63,679 nt of DNA, filler included, from Octopus bimaculoides (GCF_001194135.2; 10 parts of 8 records of this genome joined end to end with filler, not necessarily neighbours in it); one strand, 5' to 3'. Shown: positions 38,001 to 53,410, numbered from the whole stretch's first letter. Notes: generated from the sequence alone by a model not told the origin. Numbers and translations: made by a program.

Positions 38001-38367
38001 GGAGGCGCAATGCCCCAGTGGTTAGGGCAGCGGACTCGCGGTCATAGGATCGCGGTTTCGATTCCCAAACCGGGCGTTGTGAGTGTTTATTGAGCTCCAC
38101 GAGGCTCCGGCAGGGGATGGTGGCGAACCCTGCTGTACTCTTTCACCACAACTTTCTCTCACTCTTACTTCCTTTTTCTGTTGTGCCTGTAATTCATAGG
38201 GTCAGCCTTGTCACACTGTGTCACGCTGGATATCCCCGAGAACTATGTTAAGGGTACACGTGTCTGTGGAGTGCTCAGCCACTTGCACGTTAATTTCACG
38301 AGCAGGCTGTTCCGTTGATCGGATCAACTGGAACCCTCGACGTCGTAAGTGACGGAGTGCCAACAAC
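38001..38367 (+). mobile_element. Apparently full-length tRNA-derived SINE, family C
   Basis: tRNA-like head GGAGGCGCAATGCCCCAGTGGTTAGGGCAGCGGACTCGCGGTCATAGGATCGCGGTTTCGATTCC with A and B boxes, a unique body, and a 3' GACGGAGTGCCAACAAC tail. Confidence 0.8.
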
Positions 38368-38488
38368 TATCACTTGAGTCTGACAGTGATCTTTGTTTAG
38401 CAGGAAAAATAAGGAAAGACGAGCATGTGTTCCTCTCAATTTTCATAGTTGCAGGGGTACCCAATGTTTCTTTTTTTCTTTCTTTCTG

Positions 38489-38539
<51 letters not shown>

Positions 38540-38634
38540 CTCCCTCTCTCTCTATCTATCTCTCACCACAACTCTTTCTCTCTCTCTCTGGACCGGGATA
38601 CCAATAATGTATTGCAGGTTTTGATCTGTGTAAT

Positions 38635-38830
38635 ATTGGTTTCAAATTTTGGCACACGGCCAGCAATTTCGGAGGAGAGGAAGTCGATTACATCGATCCC
38701 AGCGCTCAACTGGTTATTATTTTATCGACCCCGAAAGGATGAAAAGCAATTTGAATTCAGAACGTAAAGACTGACGAAATGCCGCTAAGCGTTTTGTCTG
38801 GCGTTCTTAACGATTCTGTCAGCTCACCAC
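38635..38830 (-). mobile_element. SINE family B copy
   Basis: TTTTATCGACCCCGAAAGGATGAAAAGCAATTTGAATTCAGAAC...GATTCTGTCAGCTCACC. Confidence 0.8.
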
Positions 38831-39670
38831 CTTTGATATGTGTAATATTAAAGCTAAGCACAATAAGCTAACAACACAGAAATATATTCCACTCAACATT
38901 TATATCTTGGAATATCTGTATGTTTTGCGTTCAAATCACACGTAGTTGATAATCATCTCTTCTGGGTCGATAAAATAAGGTGCCGGTTGAGTAATTGATC
39001 AGTTTAATCGACTACACCCAACACTAAAATGTGTGCCTGTTTTAGAAATTGATAATTATATTGTATTTTGTTGGTTTGTACAACTGAAACGTTACTGGGT
39101 GTTATGAAGAGATAGTTGCTTGTCTTGATAGGAAAACTGGTGCATTGAAAAGTTTGTTCAAGAAAGGATTTAAACTGTTCTAAAATTAACCGTGTACACG
39201 TGCGATGTGCGTTACTGGTACATTGCACCAATGTACAAGTGAAATGTGCATTACATCCTGAGATGAGAGTTGTTTGCCAATAAGTAAGATGTTTCTTGTT
39301 TAGTGTTCTTTGAGATGGACAAAGACATTGCTACTAATATGAAATGATGTCATCATTTCGAACAACAGATTGTAAGTTTTCTGAATGATTGGATTGTCTG
39401 TTGCTCTCTACGTAGAAGTGTCACAACGCTAGCTAACTTAAGTGGTGCAGTGAAAAAGACACGGAGTTGGTATGATTCGATAATAGCTGAATCAGTGCTT
39501 AGAGGATATTTGGAAATGTGAACTTGTCGATCACGAATAAATTTTCCTGGCTGGTATCTGTGAAAAGCCCATCTCATGTAGTTATACGGTTCACACTTTC
39601 TGAGAAATACGCTACAGTATGTCATAGTCGTGAGTTATAAAGTTCAGCAGTTGTTGATGTTAATTTATAC

Positions 39671-39785
<115 letters not shown>

Positions 39786-40517
39786 AGAACACAATTGTGT
39801 TCGAGTTTAACCTTTTTATTAATTATTTCCTTTGAGTCTATCAACGTTTCTAAACTCTTGATCTTTTCGCCTACATTAAGTGGTTGTTAGTGGTCTTTTT
39901 TGTTGCTGCTATTGCATAGTGGAGTGCCACTTACAGCCACTTCATCCAGAATATTATACCAGCAAGGTCTACAAATATGGATGAACGTTTTCAAAGAATT
40001 AATAATGAAATATGAGAAATCTTTAATAAAAGAAATTTCAACTCGAGCACAGTTGTATCTCCAATATAACTTGTTTGGAATAAAAGCTGTTCCTCACACA
40101 CATTTGAATGCACGCACACACACATACAGATATGCACAATTAACTGAGTGTTACTTACATCATTTTGTACGACCTTAGATCTTCAATCAATTACATCATT
40201 AATATAGAAAACTCATTGAGAGCAAATGAGAGAAAGCCAAAATCTTAAACAAGTATATAATTGAATGGGGGCATGCAATGAGCAGTGCGTTTGAACTTTG
40301 GTAGCATGTTTTGGTATTATTAAATTTCCTCAGTGAAGTATACTCCTATCAATTCTTTCCAGATGTTAGAATGGCTGGAAAAAATACATGGAGATTCGGA
40401 TTGAAAAATGTCCTTCACTGATTAGGCCACTCAAACAATGACACGAGAAAATTTATTAGGTATGTCTTCTGCATGAACATTAAATAGTTAAGTGGGACCA
40501 ACATACTTCATGTAGTG

Positions 40518-40570
<53 letters not shown>

Positions 40571-40973
40571 TTGTTTTGCAAGATTTTTGATGTGAAATCG
40601 TGTGTTGAAACAGATGTTGTTGTACTTGGGGATGGTCATATTGCCAGTTTAGCCAATAAAAACACACGCACTGTATATTTGGTGTTAATTTGCTTCAGCT
40701 TTATATTACATTAATCTTAGTCTTATTTCNNNNNNNNNNNNNNNNNNNNNNNNNNNNNNNNNNNNNNNNNNNNTTAATTAATTAANNNNNNNNNNNNNNN
40801 NNNNNNNNNNNNNNNNNNNNNNNNNNNNNCACACACACACACACACTCATAGCTTAGAAACCTGTAGGAGTAAATCATCTTAACACAGTGCATATATCTA
40901 ACACTATGCCTGGCAAACTTCAGCTCTGAATAATCATAATATATTATTATTGGTATGCTAGAAGTTAAAATAC

Positions 40974-41027
<54 letters not shown>

Positions 41028-41399
41028 TATATACCTATACCTACCTACCTACCTACATACATACATACATATATATATATATATGCACATACGTACATAC
41101 ACGTATACATATATACATACAAATATATGCACATACATATATGTATATATGTATGAATGTGTGTGTATGTATATGTATATGTATATATANNNNNNNNNNT
41201 ATGTATATATGTATGTGTATGTATATATATATATACATATATACACATACACACACACATATCGGTTTGTGTCTGTGTATCTATATATATGTTCAATAAG
41301 TTATAGCCATAAAACTTAGCGGATTTCTTATATCCAATAGCAAGTCTGGTATATTTCAGTTGAAGATAATAGCATGATATTATCATTGATATATTTGAA

Positions 41400-42480
<1,081 letters not shown>

Positions 42481-42934
42481 GAGATGTCTTGAAAGAATAA
42501 AGTCATGTAACTATAATTTCCACTGCATGTTCTCTTTCGCCGGTCCAAGTAGCAATGTCAATACTCTACTGAAGAGATCTAACATAGACCAAAACGCATG
42601 TCCCTGGTTATCACTTTATTATCAAGATCAAAATTATTCCACCTCCCTGTCAATACTTGCCTCAGTTATTGCACTATGGACAAATCGCACACTATCTCAA
42701 GGGTTTGGTCGAACAAATCGACTCTAGTGCTTTTATTTTTTTAAAGTCTGGTACTTATTTCATCGACCCGTTTTGCTGAATCGTTAGGTTACAGGAATGA
42801 AAACAACGCTAAAGTCAATTTTCAAAATTTCTGATCTAAGCGTCTTAATCTGTTTTCAGCGGTGTAGAATTTACAATGTAATTATTCTTTTTCATTCCAG
42901 CTGCCATTATATTAAACATTTGCGAAAAGTGACC

Positions 42935-43160
42935 GTGCCACGCTAAAAAAATTCAGCAGAACTGTCAGATTTTCAAAGAGGTCGTATTGTCGGACAATCT
43001 GAGGCTGGTTTTAGCCAGCAAAAAACTGCCGAAAGTCTTCAAATTCCTCTTGCTACTGTTAATAGAATTATAGTGCAATTCAAAAGCCAAGGAAAAGAAT
43101 CAACAGATTCTCGTCCTGGCGGACATGGTTCCTCAGAAAGGAAGCTTCGCTGTTTGAAGA
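42935..43160 (+). pseudogene. Tc1-family transposase N-terminal (HTH) fragment, cut by a gap
   Basis: [62 protein letters not shown]...LKRIVENEP. Confidence 0.8.
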
Positions 43161-44224
43161 GAATTGTGGAAAACGAACCCNNNNNNNNNNTATGTATGTA
43201 TGTATGTATGTATGTATATGTATATATATGTATATATATACATATATAAATGTGTATGTATGTGTGTGCACATGTATGTGTGTGTACATGTGTGTATGTG
43301 TGTGTATGAGAGAGAGAGGGAGTCTTACATAACGTATGAATATGTTTTGATATACATAACGCGAATGATCAATATAGAAGAATTTAGAGAATGTTTGTAT
43401 CCGGAATTAGTCTCGAAGAACACAAAGAGTTATTGTTATTTGCTTTCAGTCCGCCCCCACCACGCCTCCTCTAATTTTCTAAAATTCTATAATTGTTCAA
43501 TTATATGTATATATAAATAATCACCCGGTGTAATAAATATTTCGTGCGCATGTGTAAGTGTGTATATATATAGAATGTATGTATGTATGTATGTATGAAT
43601 GTATCTATCTATCTATCCATCCATATACATATATTTATATATATGTATATAAATGTATATATNNNNNNNNNNNNNNNNNNNNNNNNNNNNNNNNNNNNNN
43701 NNNNNNNNNNNNNNNNNNNNNNNNNNNNNNNNNNNNNNNNNNNNNNNNNNNNNNNNNNNNNNNNNNNNNNNNNNNNNNNNNNNNNNNNNNNNNNNNNNNN
43801 NNNNNNNNNNNNNNNNNNNNNNNNNNNNNNNNNNNNNNNNNNNNNNNNNNNNNNNNNNNNNNNNNNNNNNNNNNNNNNNNNNNNNNNNNNNNNNNNNNNN
43901 NNNNNNNNNNNNNNNNNNNNNNNNNNNNNNNNNNNNNNNNNNNNNNNNNNNNNNNNNNNNNNNNNNNNNNNNNNNNNNNNNNNNNNNNNNNNNNNNNNNN
44001 NNNNNNNNNNNNNNNNNNNNNNNNNNNNNNNNNNNNNNNNNNNNNNNNNNNNNNNNNNNATATATATATGTAAAAGTGTGTATGTACTTAGGCACGTCTA
44101 TACAGATATGTTGTGTCTATGCACGTAGGAACATCTATAGAGCTAGATATATATCTTTAATTGTGTACGTATGTATCACTACTGGTAGTCTTGCTGCTGC
44201 TGTTGTTGTTGTTGTTGTTGTTGC

Positions 44225-44271
<47 letters not shown>

Positions 44272-45044
44272 ACAGCAGCAGTTTGATCCTCGTTCAACTG
44301 ATATCGCGCAGACCTCCCATGGCATGTCTTGTTGGGTTCTATAGGAAAGACTACATCCTGAGGGTGGGCATGGGGGTTGAATTTAGCCGCCATTTTTACG
44401 GTTGTGCGATAGCATAGCTAGCTCTTTTAATGGTTCGGCATTGCTATAGTTTAGATACATGTCATTCCTAATCGAACACACTTCTGCTCAAAGGCGTTCC
44501 AGTTATGCCCAGCCCGAACTTTTTACTAGAATTAATGTATTTAGGACTTCATTTTCAAACATGCCTGGTCTGTATTTCAAGCTTTGGAAATAGCAGTCAA
44601 ATTGTAGAGTTGCTGTTTTGTTTTTGTTGGCGGCGTTGACGGTAGTGAAAATTATATTGGTGTTGTAGTTTAGTTTAGCCATGAGACAGCTCTGGCCGCA
44701 TAGTCCTTTGATCATATACTTTCTAGTAGTGGCAATCACGTCTTTTATTCAGAAACTGGAATCTTGTGATCATACTTCGGCATTGTGGGTAATATCAGAT
44801 AATGTTACATTGGTACATTAATTAGTATTTTGCTTTTTACCCCAAATTTCATTATTCTTGTACAAAATACTGATATGAATGCAAATTTTCTAAATAAACG
44901 TATTTATTTTGATGAAAATCAATATGAAATTTCACGTTTGTATATGACCATCCCATGTTTTTCCAAACATAGTATAGGTAGATTTACGTTATACAATAAG
45001 TCAAGTCCTTTTATTATTAGTAGGGTTTCGTTTAAGGGAAATTA

Positions 45045-45250
45045 GGCAAGCTGGTAGACTCGTTACTACGCCGGACAAAATGCTTCGTGCTTTTCTTCCG
45101 GCTTAATATTCGGATTTAAAATTTAGCCGAAGTTGTCTTTACTTTTCATCCTTTCGGAATCGATAAAATAAGAGGCAGTTGAGCACTAGGGTCGGTGTAA
45201 TCAACTAACCAATTCCCTTACAATTTCAGACCCTGTGTCTATAATGGAAA
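45045..45250 (+). mobile_element. SINE family B copy
   Basis: GCAAGCTGGTAGACTCGTTACTACGCCGGACAAAATGC...TTTCATCCTTTCGGAATCGATAAAATAAG. Confidence 0.75.
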
Positions 45251-45279
45251 AGATTATATCTAATAGGTCTTTGCAGTAT

Positions 45280-46151
45280 TGCTACAGTGTTGGTGGTGTA
45301 ATAACTACCTGCGCTGAAGATAGTGACAATAATGCTTGAGGTGGCGATGGTGGTAGTAGCAGCTGGAGTGGGAGACACTAACGCCGATATTTTGTGGAGA
45401 TAGTGAGATGGTGACTGTTGAGAATGTTATGGTTGCGGCTGTAGCATTGATGGTGCAGGTGATAGTGGTGGTCGAAGCGGTGATAGTCTATGGTACGGTA
45501 GTTGTGGTAATGTAGTATTGACGGTGGTGGTGGTGGTGGTACTGATGATGGTGACTGAGGCGATGATAGTCTCGAATACGGTTTTTGTGATTGCAGCCGC
45601 AGTAATGTTGGCGGTGTTAGTGGTGGGGGAAGTGTGATGGTAGAGGCGGTGGAGGTGATGTCGATGGTGGTGGTGGTGATTGTGTTGATTGAGGTGGTAG
45701 TAAGGATGAGTGTGGTGATAGTGGTGGTGGTGGTGATAGGAGCAGTGGTGGTGGTAGTGGATGGCGTGGTGGAGTCAGTAGTGGTTAGGGTTAGAGTTGA
45801 TTGAAGTTGCAGTTGTGGATAAGTGTATAGGTAGTGGTGGTAGTGGTGACAGTGGCGGTATTCGAGATCGTTATGGCGGTAGTGTTCGGCAGAGGTGGGG
45901 GGAGGCAATCTAATAATGTGTTAGGTGATAGTTGTTCATGACGGCGACGACGACGATGATGATGATGATGATGATGATGAAGGTGGTGGTGGTAGTGGCG
46001 GCGGAAGTTGGGGTGGCAGTAGTGATGGTGTTAGTGATAACGTTGAAAGATGAGGACGAAGATAAGGATAAAGACGAAGATAAGGATGATGATGATGATA
46101 ATTGGGAGGGTGTGGCGGTACCGGCCATGGTGATAAGAATGGATTATGGCT

Positions 46152-46186
<35 letters not shown>

Positions 46187-46238
46187 AACAATGACTGATA
46201 TTTTCATAATAATAATAATTAATATTATTATGAAGAAC

Positions 46239-46285
<47 letters not shown>

Positions 46286-46350
46286 CACATTGGTGGTGGT
46301 TGTGGTGGCGATAGTGTAACCGATTGATGTTGATAGTGTTAGCATTGTGA
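45280..46350. repeat. Cryptic GGT/GAT/AGT simple-sequence block
   Basis: Degenerate trinucleotide repeats. The poly-T/H/D ORFs are by-products. Confidence 0.85.
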
Positions 46351-46535
46351 TGATGATGATGAATGCTAAGGCTATGTTTAAATAAACTAACACAAAAATC
46401 TGTTCCACCATTAACTTCGAAATCCGGCATTCCTTGCTGATAACTAATTTACAAAATTAAATTACATAATCAACTGTGATAGTCTAATTAGGAAATTTCG
46501 GCCGAACCTTCCATTAATTGATATATAATTCTCTT

Positions 46536-46567
<32 letters not shown>

Positions 46568-46811
46568 TTCTCTGCTCTCTCACACATATACAGGCTTTCA
46601 CTGTTTGTCTCTTGTGTTCTTTATGCATTTTCCTTTTCCTCTTTCTCATACCTCTCTTTATTTCTTTCTTTCTTTCTTTCTTTCTTTCCTTGTATCTGTT
46701 TGTTTGTCTCATTCACTAAAACACCCATACGTACAAGCAACACTTATACATATTTGCACACATAAACATCTTTATGTGTGTGTAGAAATACCTGTACATC
46801 CACCCATCTTT

Positions 46812-46860
<49 letters not shown>

Positions 46861-47345
46861 TACATACACATGCACACCTATGCGTACATACACATACGCA
46901 CTTACGCAGCTCATAGACACACAGATACACACAGATACACATAACCTCTTCACTCATCATTGAACACTCCCACCTCACTCACACGTACCCATACATTCAT
47001 ACTTACACACTTTCTCTCTTGCTCTCTCTTACCACATCTTTCTCTCTCTCACTCTCTGCTCTCTGCATACACATATATGTTCCTATTCACACGCATTCTC
47101 TCTCTCCCTGTCTCACCGCCTCTCTCCCCCCTCTCTCTTTCCCCTCTATCTTTCTGCCTTTTTCTCACACACACTCTTTCTCTGTGAATTTCTCTTTTCA
47201 CCTCCTTCTTTCTCCCCTCTCATACACATATGTACTCTAATTCCCTTCTATTCACGCGCACGCTCTCTCTCCCCCTCTCTCTTACTATCTCTTTATATCT
47301 CTTTATTGCACATACGCGCGCACGAACACACACGTACACGCGCGC

Positions 47346-47389
<44 letters not shown>

Positions 47390-47608
47390 ACACCTAACAC
47401 CCTGATTAATTACAGTTGTCCACAATTCCATGTCTCAATAATCAGCACCTCGCTCTTTCAACACAATTCATACAAAAATTCTTAATCTGGATTAACCGAA
47501 TTCCTAAAGAACCCTAATCCACCTATATCTCACCCATCTGACTTTAAAAAAGGAGAGAGATTTTGTCTGTTTTTCTTTGTTACATGAAAGTGAGTTTGGT
47601 TACGGCAT

Positions 47609-47661
47609 AGCTATCGGGTGGTTGAGCTATCGGGTGGTTGAGCTATCGGGTGGTTGAGCTA
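47609..47661. repeat. 16-bp unit AGCTATCGGGTGGTTG x3
   Basis: Exact tandem copies. Confidence 0.95.
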
Positions 47662-47669
47662 GCTTCAGA

Positions 47670-48045
47670 GAAGTTGTTTGGATCAGCTTCCCGTATTTTC
47701 TGGCATACAAATCGACTTTTAAATTTCTTTATAAAACATTTATAACGTTCCATCCTAACCAGGTGTTTTAGTTGCCTCTGTTGTAAACTGTCTCATTCAC
47801 ACACACCTAAATATTTGTAGGTCTGTGTTGGTCTAATTTCTTTCTTTTTTATCTTAGTTTCCTTATTTACAAGATATTAGTGCTCATAATTAATTTTTCC
47901 TGTCTTCAGTATTCTCTTGGAGCATTTTTTCAATCTGATTCTTTAAGCTATTTCTCGGTTGGATTCGTGTACTGTTTGCAGCAGTGTGTCTAATTGCTTA
48001 AGACCTGGACCATATCGTTTGACGTAAGCTTCAGAAGCTAGCTAG
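47670..48045 (-). pseudogene. Decayed R4/Dong-like RT fragment
   Basis: QLDTLLQTVHESNREI, IEKCSKRILKTGK and EIRPTQTYKYLGVCE resemble the last RT motifs of R4-clade elements. Confidence 0.55.
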
Positions 48046-48295
48046 TTGTTCAACCAGAACATCTGTAACTGTCTTTAGTTTTTAGATTTGAAATTAAAAC
48101 TAAAAGTGAAAGTAGTAGTACTGGTTGTAATGTTAGTAATAGTCAGAAACTGAAGAACACAAGGGAGAGGTTGTGCAGACAAATAGGTGGATATGATGCA
48201 GAAAGAAGAAAAGAATGAAACAAAGAGAGTACAATAAAACAAGAAGATGCACTTGAATACATGGTGCTAAAATTCGTTTTACCCCAACCCACATA

Positions 48296-48348
<53 letters not shown>

Positions 48349-48542
48349 NNNNNNNNNNNNNNNNNNNNNNNNNNNNNNNNNNNNNNNNNNNNNNNNNNNN
48401 NNNNNNNNNNNNNNNNNNNNNNNNNNNNNNNNNNNNNNNNNNNNNNNNNNNNNNNNNNNNNNNNNNNNNNNNNNNNNNNNNNNNNNNNNNNNNNNNNNNN
48501 NNNNNNNNNNNNNNNNNNNNNNNNNNNNNNNNNNNNNNNNNN

Positions 48543-48579
<37 letters not shown>

Positions 48580-48731
48580 TGTGTAAAGATATGTGTATAT
48601 TCATACGTGTGTACATATTTAAATACATACAATATACAAATGCAAATACATAAATATAGATTATATATATATGTACACACGTATGAATATACACATATCT
48701 TTACACACACATACATATGTATATGTGTGCA

Positions 48732-48785
<54 letters not shown>

Positions 48786-49049
48786 TACATTTGCATGTGT
48801 GATGGTACGACTGTTTCTGCATATAAGCTTGTACGCGTGTTCGCATGCACGTTTGTTTGCCTGCCTGTGTGAAACCCCGGTCGATAATCTCTTCCTCCGT
48901 TGCACTGAATCTAACCTCGTTCTAAGCCCAGTTATATGAGGAGACGTGAACTATACCAAGTCAATGTATGTTATTGCAAACATTACATTTACAGCGGAAA
49001 TATTCTGAGAGTAGATTCTTCACCGAAAGGAAATTCGATTAACACGTGG

Positions 49050-49075
49050 TCATACGCATGCTGGCACTGCATGTG

Positions 49076-49107
<32 letters not shown>

Positions 49108-49488
49108 GGTGGTGGTGGTGGTGGTACCGATGGTGGTACTGGTTGCGTTGTCGCTGTGGTTGTAGTTGTTGGTGATGGTGAGGGAGGTGACAGAGGTGTT
49201 GCTGTTAGCGATGATGAGGAAGATGATGATGATGATGATGATGATGAAGATGATGATGATGATGAAGATGATGAAGATGGTGATGATGATGGTGATGATA
49301 TGATGATGATGGCGGCGGCAGTGGTGCTGTTTATTATGGTGGTGGTGCTGGTGGTACTTTTTATGGTATCAGTGGTGATGATAGTGTTAATGGTGGTGGC
49401 GGTGGTGGTGGTGTTGGTGAAAGTAGCAGTTGTGTTCATTGTGATAATGAGGTTGATAGGTGAGTTCGTCGTAATTGTGAAGTGTTGA

Positions 49489-49573
<85 letters not shown>

Positions 49574-49690
49574 GAAAGGAGTCATAATGGTAACAGTGAT
49601 GGTGGTAGCGAAGGCAATCGCTGCGCTGATGCCTGTGATTGTAACGTCTTTGTTCACGATGTTGGCGATGATGGTGATGATGATGATGAT
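49050..49690. repeat. Compound trinucleotide block (TGT, GGT, GAT, AGT)
   Basis: Direct inspection. Confidence 0.95.
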
Positions 49691-50061
49691 ACCGGAATAA
49701 ACTAAACAACGAAAGGCATTTTACATAATACGTAGCAATAATTGACCCCTAAATCCCTTTACTACCTATATCGATCAATCCTTAATTTAAATCTAATAGA
49801 TTTGTACACATATAAAACAAAACTCCATCAGGATAAAATGCCGGTCTTTTACCGGTAACATTTCAACCGGAAGTATAGTAGTTTGGAGAATTAAGAGCAC
49901 GGAATTAATAAAAGCAAGTAATTCATGTACATTTGAGATCCGGACCGGAAGCTGTTACTCGCTCAACTGAATAACCACTCAGTTGCCATTCTAATTCAGG
50001 TCTGTAGATTTGTAAACCTATAGAAAAACTTGGATATGATGCAGTTACAACATGCCAATCC

Positions 50062-50107
<46 letters not shown>

Positions 50108-50258
50108 ATGAGGCCTTTCAGCGGCACTTTACTCGACTGTTTGGGACGAATGGCGAGCGAGAACGCAGGGTGGACTTCAGTGCCTACCTGCACAGCCTGC
50201 CACGACTCTCGGCAAGAGAGGCGGAGTGCTGCGAAGGTGCCATCACGGCGGCGGAAGT
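50108..50258 (+). pseudogene. L1/Tx1-clade ORF2 fragment just upstream of the RT
   Basis: EAFQRHFTRLFGTNGERERRVDFSAYLHSLPRLSAREAECCEGAITAAE, GC-rich against the flanks and cut by a gap. Confidence 0.65.
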
Positions 50259-50378
50259 NNNNNNNNNNNNNNNNNNNNNNNNNNNNNNNNNNNNNNNNNN
50301 NNTTAATTAATTAANNNNNNNNNNNNNNNNNNNNNNNNNNNNNNNNNNNNNNNNNNNNTAGGTATAATAAAAAAATAT

Positions 50379-50583
50379 TCAGACAAATACATAACAAAAA
50401 TAGCAGGACTTACAAATATATATAACATACAGAAAATTGCACTACTGGGTACTGCACACATTCTACGCAAAACACTTTCAATACAGTAAACATAAGAGCA
50501 CCACAGCAAACCACAGCACATACCCAAGGCGCACAGAGCTGCGCTCGGTAGTGAAGTGAAAGCACGTTATAAAAATAAAACTA

Positions 50584-50588
<5 letters not shown>
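50379..50588 (+). mobile_element. R4/Dong-like 3' end followed by (TAA)n
   Basis: GIIKKYSDKYITKIAGLTNIYNIQKIALLGTAHILRKTLSIQ*, with the same 3' UTR as 42113-42300. Confidence 0.85.
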
Positions 50589-50660
<72 letters not shown>

Positions 50661-50895
50661 TGATGATGATGATGATGACGATGATGATGATAATAATAAA
50701 AATAATAATAAAAATAATAATAATAATGATAATCTCTTATATAATTATAATCTCTATAAATATTGCCTGGTTCGATGATTGGTTTGTGCAGTTACGCATT
50801 TCATCGTATAGAGAGAGGTAGCTGGCGTAAAACAGAGTTATAGAGAGAGAGGGATAAGGAGTGAGAGAGAGAGAAAGATTGAAAGAGAGAGAAAG

Positions 50896-50952
<57 letters not shown>

Positions 50953-53246
50953 TAATATAAGAGGAACAGATAAGAACACATACTCGGATTGGTAGCATGC
51001 AATGAATTAAGACCGCTACACGTATATGTACAGTAAGAGAGAATACAATCAAACAGACACAGAAGTGGGAAGAGGAGTAGAAAATGCATAAATGACGTAG
51101 TAGATAGTTGTTTAAAGTGGGAAGGAAAAGATGAAGGGAAGAGGCAGGTTTGAAAGCGCTGCAATTCAGGACAGTAGAATAATGGGTTAAAAGGAATAGG
51201 AATAAATGTTATAGAATAGAAGGACTAAAAGTTAGAGGAAACAGAGAGAGATTGAGAGAGGGGAAGAGAGAAAGAGAGATAGAGAGTCATGGGAAATGGT
51301 GTTTGTTATAGGAGGGTGATATTTGGTAAGGTGCTCACAAGATAAGAAAGAGTGGGGGAACAGTAGAAGATGGTAAGCAAAAGGTAAAAAGTTGGGGAGA
51401 GAGAGAATAGAAAGATATTAGAAGGGAGACAGTCAATTGCAGATGCATTATAAAGGAAATTAAGGAAAGATATGTATAAAGGAAATTTATGCATATCTTA
51501 TTTGAATAATTATTTAAGAAAAGTTGTAATAAAAAAAAAAAATCCATTAAACACGAATTTAAACATCACAAAATGTAAAATATTTTGACAGTAACAAAGA
51601 AACATAAATCAAATGTTACCCTGAAAATATGTAGGTATCAGGTGAAGGTACAGTATATATAGACACAGTCAGAAATATGTATGTATGTGCATATAGATGT
51701 ATGGATGAATATAGACATGCAAATATATAAACATATTCATGCATACACACGCATTTATATGCACACATGTACATACATTCATATATATNNNNNNNNNNNN
51801 NNNNNNNNNNNNNNNNNNNNNNNNNNNNNNNNNNNNNNNNNNNNNNNNNNNNNNNNNNNNNNNNNNNNNNNNNNNNNNNNNNNNNNNNNNNNNNNNNNNN
51901 NNNNNNNNNNNNNNNNNNNNNNNNNNNNNNNNNNNNNNNNNNNNNNNNNNNNNNNNNNNNNNNNNNNNNNNNNNNNNNNNNNNNNNNNNNNNNNNNNNNN
52001 NNNNNNNNNNNNNNNNNNNNNNNNNNNNNNNNNNNNNNNNNNNNNNNNNNNNNNNNNNNNNNNNNNNNNNNNNNNNNNNNNNNNNNNNNNNNNNNNNNNN
52101 NNNNNNNNNNNNNNNNNNNNNNNNNNNNNNNNNNNNNNNNNNNNNNNNNNNNNNNNNNNNNNNNNNNNNNNNNNTGCGCAGACATCAGATCCTACTCATA
52201 TATGTAGATTAATTTTAAGCTAATATATTAATTTTCTATAAGCAGTAAGAAATTTCAAGCAATTTCAATCATATATGTTGTTTGTATGCCACATTTCCGT
52301 ATATAACCAATAATAGCAAAATATACATCCAGTGTTGGCGTACTTTATGTGTTAGCCCCAATTTTTCTTAAAGCCGTAACGGAATAATGGGCGCCCATTA
52401 TAGTGATAAACGAGAATATCCATTTCATGCTTTATTTGAGGTCTAATACTTGTATTTAATGAGTAACTGTTATAGTTAAAAATGCCGAGAAAGGATTTAA
52501 CTTTTAAAGAGAATCGCTAAACTATGACAAGTTGTTTTGCCCTGAAGCATCATATTCTCCGCTTCTTTGACAAAGTATCCTACTCCGAATATCAAATCTC
52601 GCCTCTATGACGAACAAAAGAAGATATTGTATTATCAATTTGTATAGTACAATATAAATGAGTACTATATGACTGTAAGATTCCCAACTTTTAGTTGCTA
52701 GCTGACGATGTGTAACATCAAATAGACATAAACTTTACATCTACCATAATTCGACAGAATATATTAAATGTATATTGCTAAATAAACGCTATCAATATAT
52801 AATTGATATCATGGAAACCCTTTGTTTCTAGAATTTATCGTATAGAAATATATATCACATGTATTACATCATTCTTATATATATATAAAGAGAACATTTT
52901 CATTCTCCTTCTTCTTGATAATTTGCTTCATCGCAGTGAAGGCCGGTTGGAGGGAATCTTTATTAAATTGTGCTCCCAGTTCAGCATTCTGGCTTTTTTT
53001 CATNNNNNNNNNNNNNNNNNNNNNNNNNNNNNNNNNNNNNNNNNNNNNNNNNNNNNNNNNNNNNNNNNNNNNNNNNNNNNNNNNNNNNNNNNNNNNNNNN
53101 NNNATATATATACATATATATGTATATATTATATACATATATATACATATGTATATATATATTATATTCATATATATATATGCATATATATTGTATACAT
53201 ATATATATTATATACAGATATATATTATATACATATTATATATATA

Positions 53247-53410
53247 AAAAATTAAGGAATGGAGAAAACGCATATTATAACTGCATACTTTATTCCGACA
53301 TATATTTCGAAGAATTACAATTTATGCGATCCATAGGAATAGGCGATGTTAAAAATGTAAACTTCTCCTCAGGGAAATGCATGGAAATCATCTCCATTCC
53401 TTAAATTTTT
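53247..53410. repeat. Short foldback element with ~19-bp inverted ends
   Basis: AAAAATTAAGGAATGGAGA at 53247-53265 and TCTCCATTCCTTAAATTTTT at 53391-53410. Confidence 0.75.
53293..53376 (-). ncRNA. Type I hammerhead ribozyme with an intact core and long stem II
   Basis: Minus strand: TTCC-CTGAGGA-GAAG..TTACA..TGTAA..CTTC-GAAA-TATAT-GTC-GGAA. GUC cleavage triplet, and stem I can extend via TGCAT/ATGCA. Confidence 0.75.

Noticed and set aside
38001-38075. Possible tRNA gene
   Set aside because: The acceptor stem and 3' end are not tRNA-like, and the head runs into a SINE body.
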